From: Clostridia bacterium | Lineage (GTDB): Bacteria > Bacillota > Clostridia > Christensenellales > UBA1242 | NCBI GenBank assembly: GCA_017464845.1 | Contig: JAFTYD010000011.1 | Span: forward strand, 1 to 61,473 | Direction of reading: 5' to 3' | DNA: 61,473 nucleotides | Shown: piece after piece, positions 59,594 to 61,473 of the stretch | Position numbering within the stretch: the stretch's first letter is position 1 | Layout: each line of letters opens with the position of its first letter | Position numbers and translations under genes: made by a program | The notes under the pieces: generated by a model | Seen by the model: the letters and a program-made list of their open reading frames with translations, nothing else | Databases searched by the model: none | Told to the model about the DNA's origin: nothing

Positions 59594-60592
59594 CTACCAA
59601 TAACTAATGTCTAAATAAATTATTTTATTTTCAAAATCTACTCTTTTTATAAGATAACCATAATCTCTAAAAAGATTTGTATAAAAAAACATCTGATAAT
59701 CAAGTTTTTCACCTAAAATATTTTCTACTTCTTTAAAAGAAATTGTTTCATCTACATCATATTTATCTTTATTTCTTAAATAATCAGCAAATTTTTTATA
59801 TTTTTCTCTAATCGAAGGTAAATTTTGATAACTTATATCTGTCAATAAAATAAAATTTCTAACAATATCTTCAAGATCATCACAATTGCCATTAATCAAA
59901 TAAATAGCATACAATACAGCTTTAACAGCATCAGCAAGTATTGTATTGTTTGTAAATTCATAATTTTTTGGCTTAAAATTTTCATCACACAAAATATAAT
60001 CAATCAAATTGTATTTTTTAGCGATTATTTCAGTCAACTGCTTATCAGTTAAAAATTCAGGAAGAAAATAATCTAAATTAATCATTGAAGAATTATAAAA
60101 TTGAAATAAATAGTTTACTTTTAACAAATCGATTAATTTTTGACCAGCTGTAACCATATCAAAATTATATTCATACTCACGCAAGCAATTTTTTGAACAA
60201 GCATATGACCCATCTGTTAATGCTCTTTTTATAAACTTATTATCGCATTGTAAATATTTTAAGAATAAATCTTCAAAAATTTCCTCATGTGTCTCCTCAT
60301 TGTATTCATAAAAAGCAATATCTTTACATTTTTTCAAACTTATCCAACCACAAGTCCCTATTTTTGTACTACCTTCAAACCATATCATTCTGCATTTTTC
60401 AGGATTAATAAACATATCAACTTTTTCATATTCAGGACTTTTTGAAATCGCTAGCAAATTTTTATATTCTTCCAAAAACTGATGAGAATTTTCAACATCA
60501 TAGCATTTGTCTATATTTAATTTTTCTGAACGAATCAATATTTTATCAGGAAAACTACCATTTAATAGAAATAATTTTTTAATATTATTCAT
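59594..60592 (-). CDS. Degenerate (catalytically inactive) RNase III-like protein with a small C-terminal domain
   Basis: RALTDGSY, NFDMVTAGQKL and ILADAVKAVLYAIYL align with ALTHRSY, NERLEFLGDAV and ILADAFEALIGAIYL; C-terminal KY..F..YL...ISFKEVENILG...VDF. Confidence 0.65.
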   Translation of the reverse strand: MNNIKKLFLLNGSFPDKILIRSEKLNIDKCYDVENSHQFLEEYKNLLAISKSPEYEKVDMFINPEKCRMIWFEGSTKIGTCGWISLKKCKDIAFYEYNEETHEEIFEDLFLKYLQCDNKFIKRALTDGSYACSKNCLREYEYNFDMVTAGQKLIDLLKVNYLFQFYNSSMINLDYFLPEFLTDKQLTEIIAKKYNLIDYILCDENFKPKNYEFTNNTILADAVKAVLYAIYLINGNCDDLEDIVRNFILLTDISYQNLPSIREKYKKFADYLRNKDKYDVDETISFKEVENILGEKLDYQMFFYTNLFRDYGYLIKRVDFENKIIYLDISYW

Positions 60593-60905
60593 ATTTCCTC
60601 CCGTTTTCGTTTATTATATCATAAATTGTTAAATTTCAAAATTGTTATTTTAAATTACAAAACAACTATTAAATTATATTTGAGATATAACTGATAAACT
60701 TAATACCAAAATTTTGAAACTCTAAAAAAATAAATATTTTATATTTTGCATTATAAAAGGAGATTTGTTATAATATTTTAGTATTTGATAATTTAATCAA
60801 TATTGATGAAAATCTAATAATGAATTATGATAGATGAGTTATTGAATGGTTATACCTAAATAGATAACTACCAATAATATCCTTGGCTGATTTAAAGGAG
60901 AGAAT

Positions 60906-61136
60906 TTGAAATATTTAGATTTGGTTGAATTAATAAAAGAAAAACCAGCTTATACAAAAGCTGGAGTTAATGTTGGAGATTTTGGTGCCATAATGAGTAA
61001 AAAACCAATCAATGGAAAGTGGCAAGTTGTATTTTCTGAGTTTTATACAGGAAAAGATATTGCAGATATCATGGTTGATGAAGAAGATTTAAAAGTACAC
61101 GATAGTGTGCCAAAAGACAGATATCCAAAAAAATAA
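60906..61136 (+). CDS. Small DUF4926-like (SH3-like) protein
   Basis: AAGGAG RBS and TTG start; LDLVEL...GV.VGD.GAI...VVFS...DL pattern. Confidence 0.55.
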   Translation: MKYLDLVELIKEKPAYTKAGVNVGDFGAIMSKKPINGKWQVVFSEFYTGKDIADIMVDEEDLKVHDSVPKDRYPKK

Positions 61137-61189
61137 TTTGACACCTAATATTTTAGGATAAAAAATTAAGTAAAATTTTGAAAAATAAA

Positions 61190-61233
61190 AAACCTTTGAA
61201 AACACCCGATTTCAAAAGAGTTTTCAAAGGTTT
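61190..61233. terminator. Terminator between tRNA-Thr and the convergent small gene
   Basis: aaacctttgaaaac...gttttcaaaggttt 14-bp inverted repeat. Confidence 0.75.
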
Positions 61234-61238
61234 ATATT

Positions 61239-61314
61239 TGGAGCTGATGACGGGACTTGAACCCGTGACCTCCGCCTTACCAAGGCGGTGCGCTACCGAC
61301 TGTGCCACATCAGC
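61239..61314 (-). tRNA. tRNA-Thr(GGT)
   Basis: GCTGATG...CATCAGC-T-CCA acceptor stem, anticodon arm CCGCC-TTGGTAA-GGCGG and TTCAA T-loop; 76 nt. Confidence 0.98.
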
Positions 61315-61473
61315 ATATTATAAATTAAAAAGTTAAATTATTTTTATTACTTACATATCATATCATAAACAAATTTATTTTCCAAATATTTAATAAAAAT
61401 ATTATAAAAAATTATTTTATTTATATTTTAAATTAAATTTTTATTGAAAATACACAATTTATTAATAAAAAAT

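Noticed and set aside
51000-61314. att-site duplication of the tRNA-Thr (or ssrA) 3' end, or a prophage
   Set aside because: No repeat of tggagctgatgac or tggtggagacgg was found by eye, and there are no integrase or phage structural genes.
1-61473. CRISPR array, and Mollicute-type UGA=Trp recoding suggested by the low GC
   Set aside because: No regularly spaced direct repeats were seen; long ORFs are intact under code 11, conserved Trp positions use TGG and TGA serves as a stop.

Overview
Very AT-rich (about one quarter GC by eye) chromosomal window from a Clostridia/Firmicutes-type bacterium using the standard genetic code. The first ~51 kb is mostly housekeeping and envelope genes: a dlt/alg-like acyl-transfer operon (adenylation enzyme, ACP, MBOAT, SGNH protein, PPTase), a nucleoside-salvage-like operon, an ABC exporter with two giant surface proteins, mntP, nrdD-nrdG-dut, yhaO/yhaN-like genes, alaS, truA, nifJ, tkt and secG-rnr-smpB-ssrA (tmRNA). 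The right end (about 53-61 kb), downstream of a tRNA-Thr(GGT), is accessory and RNase-rich. The best candidate for an undescribed system is at 55.7-60.6 kb: a perfect sigma-A promoter, a ~150-nt multi-stem leader RNA, a ~760-aa protein with an intact RNase III catalytic domain, a prokaryotic viperin and a translationally coupled Smr-domain nuclease, faced by a convergent gene for a catalytically dead RNase III (E117K-like). The RNase III gene is bracketed by a 22-bp inverted repeat whose right arm overlaps an anti-Shine-Dalgarno hairpin covering the viperin RBS, suggesting an RNA-level switch. All family assignments come from motif recognition by eye; no database searches or folding programs were run.
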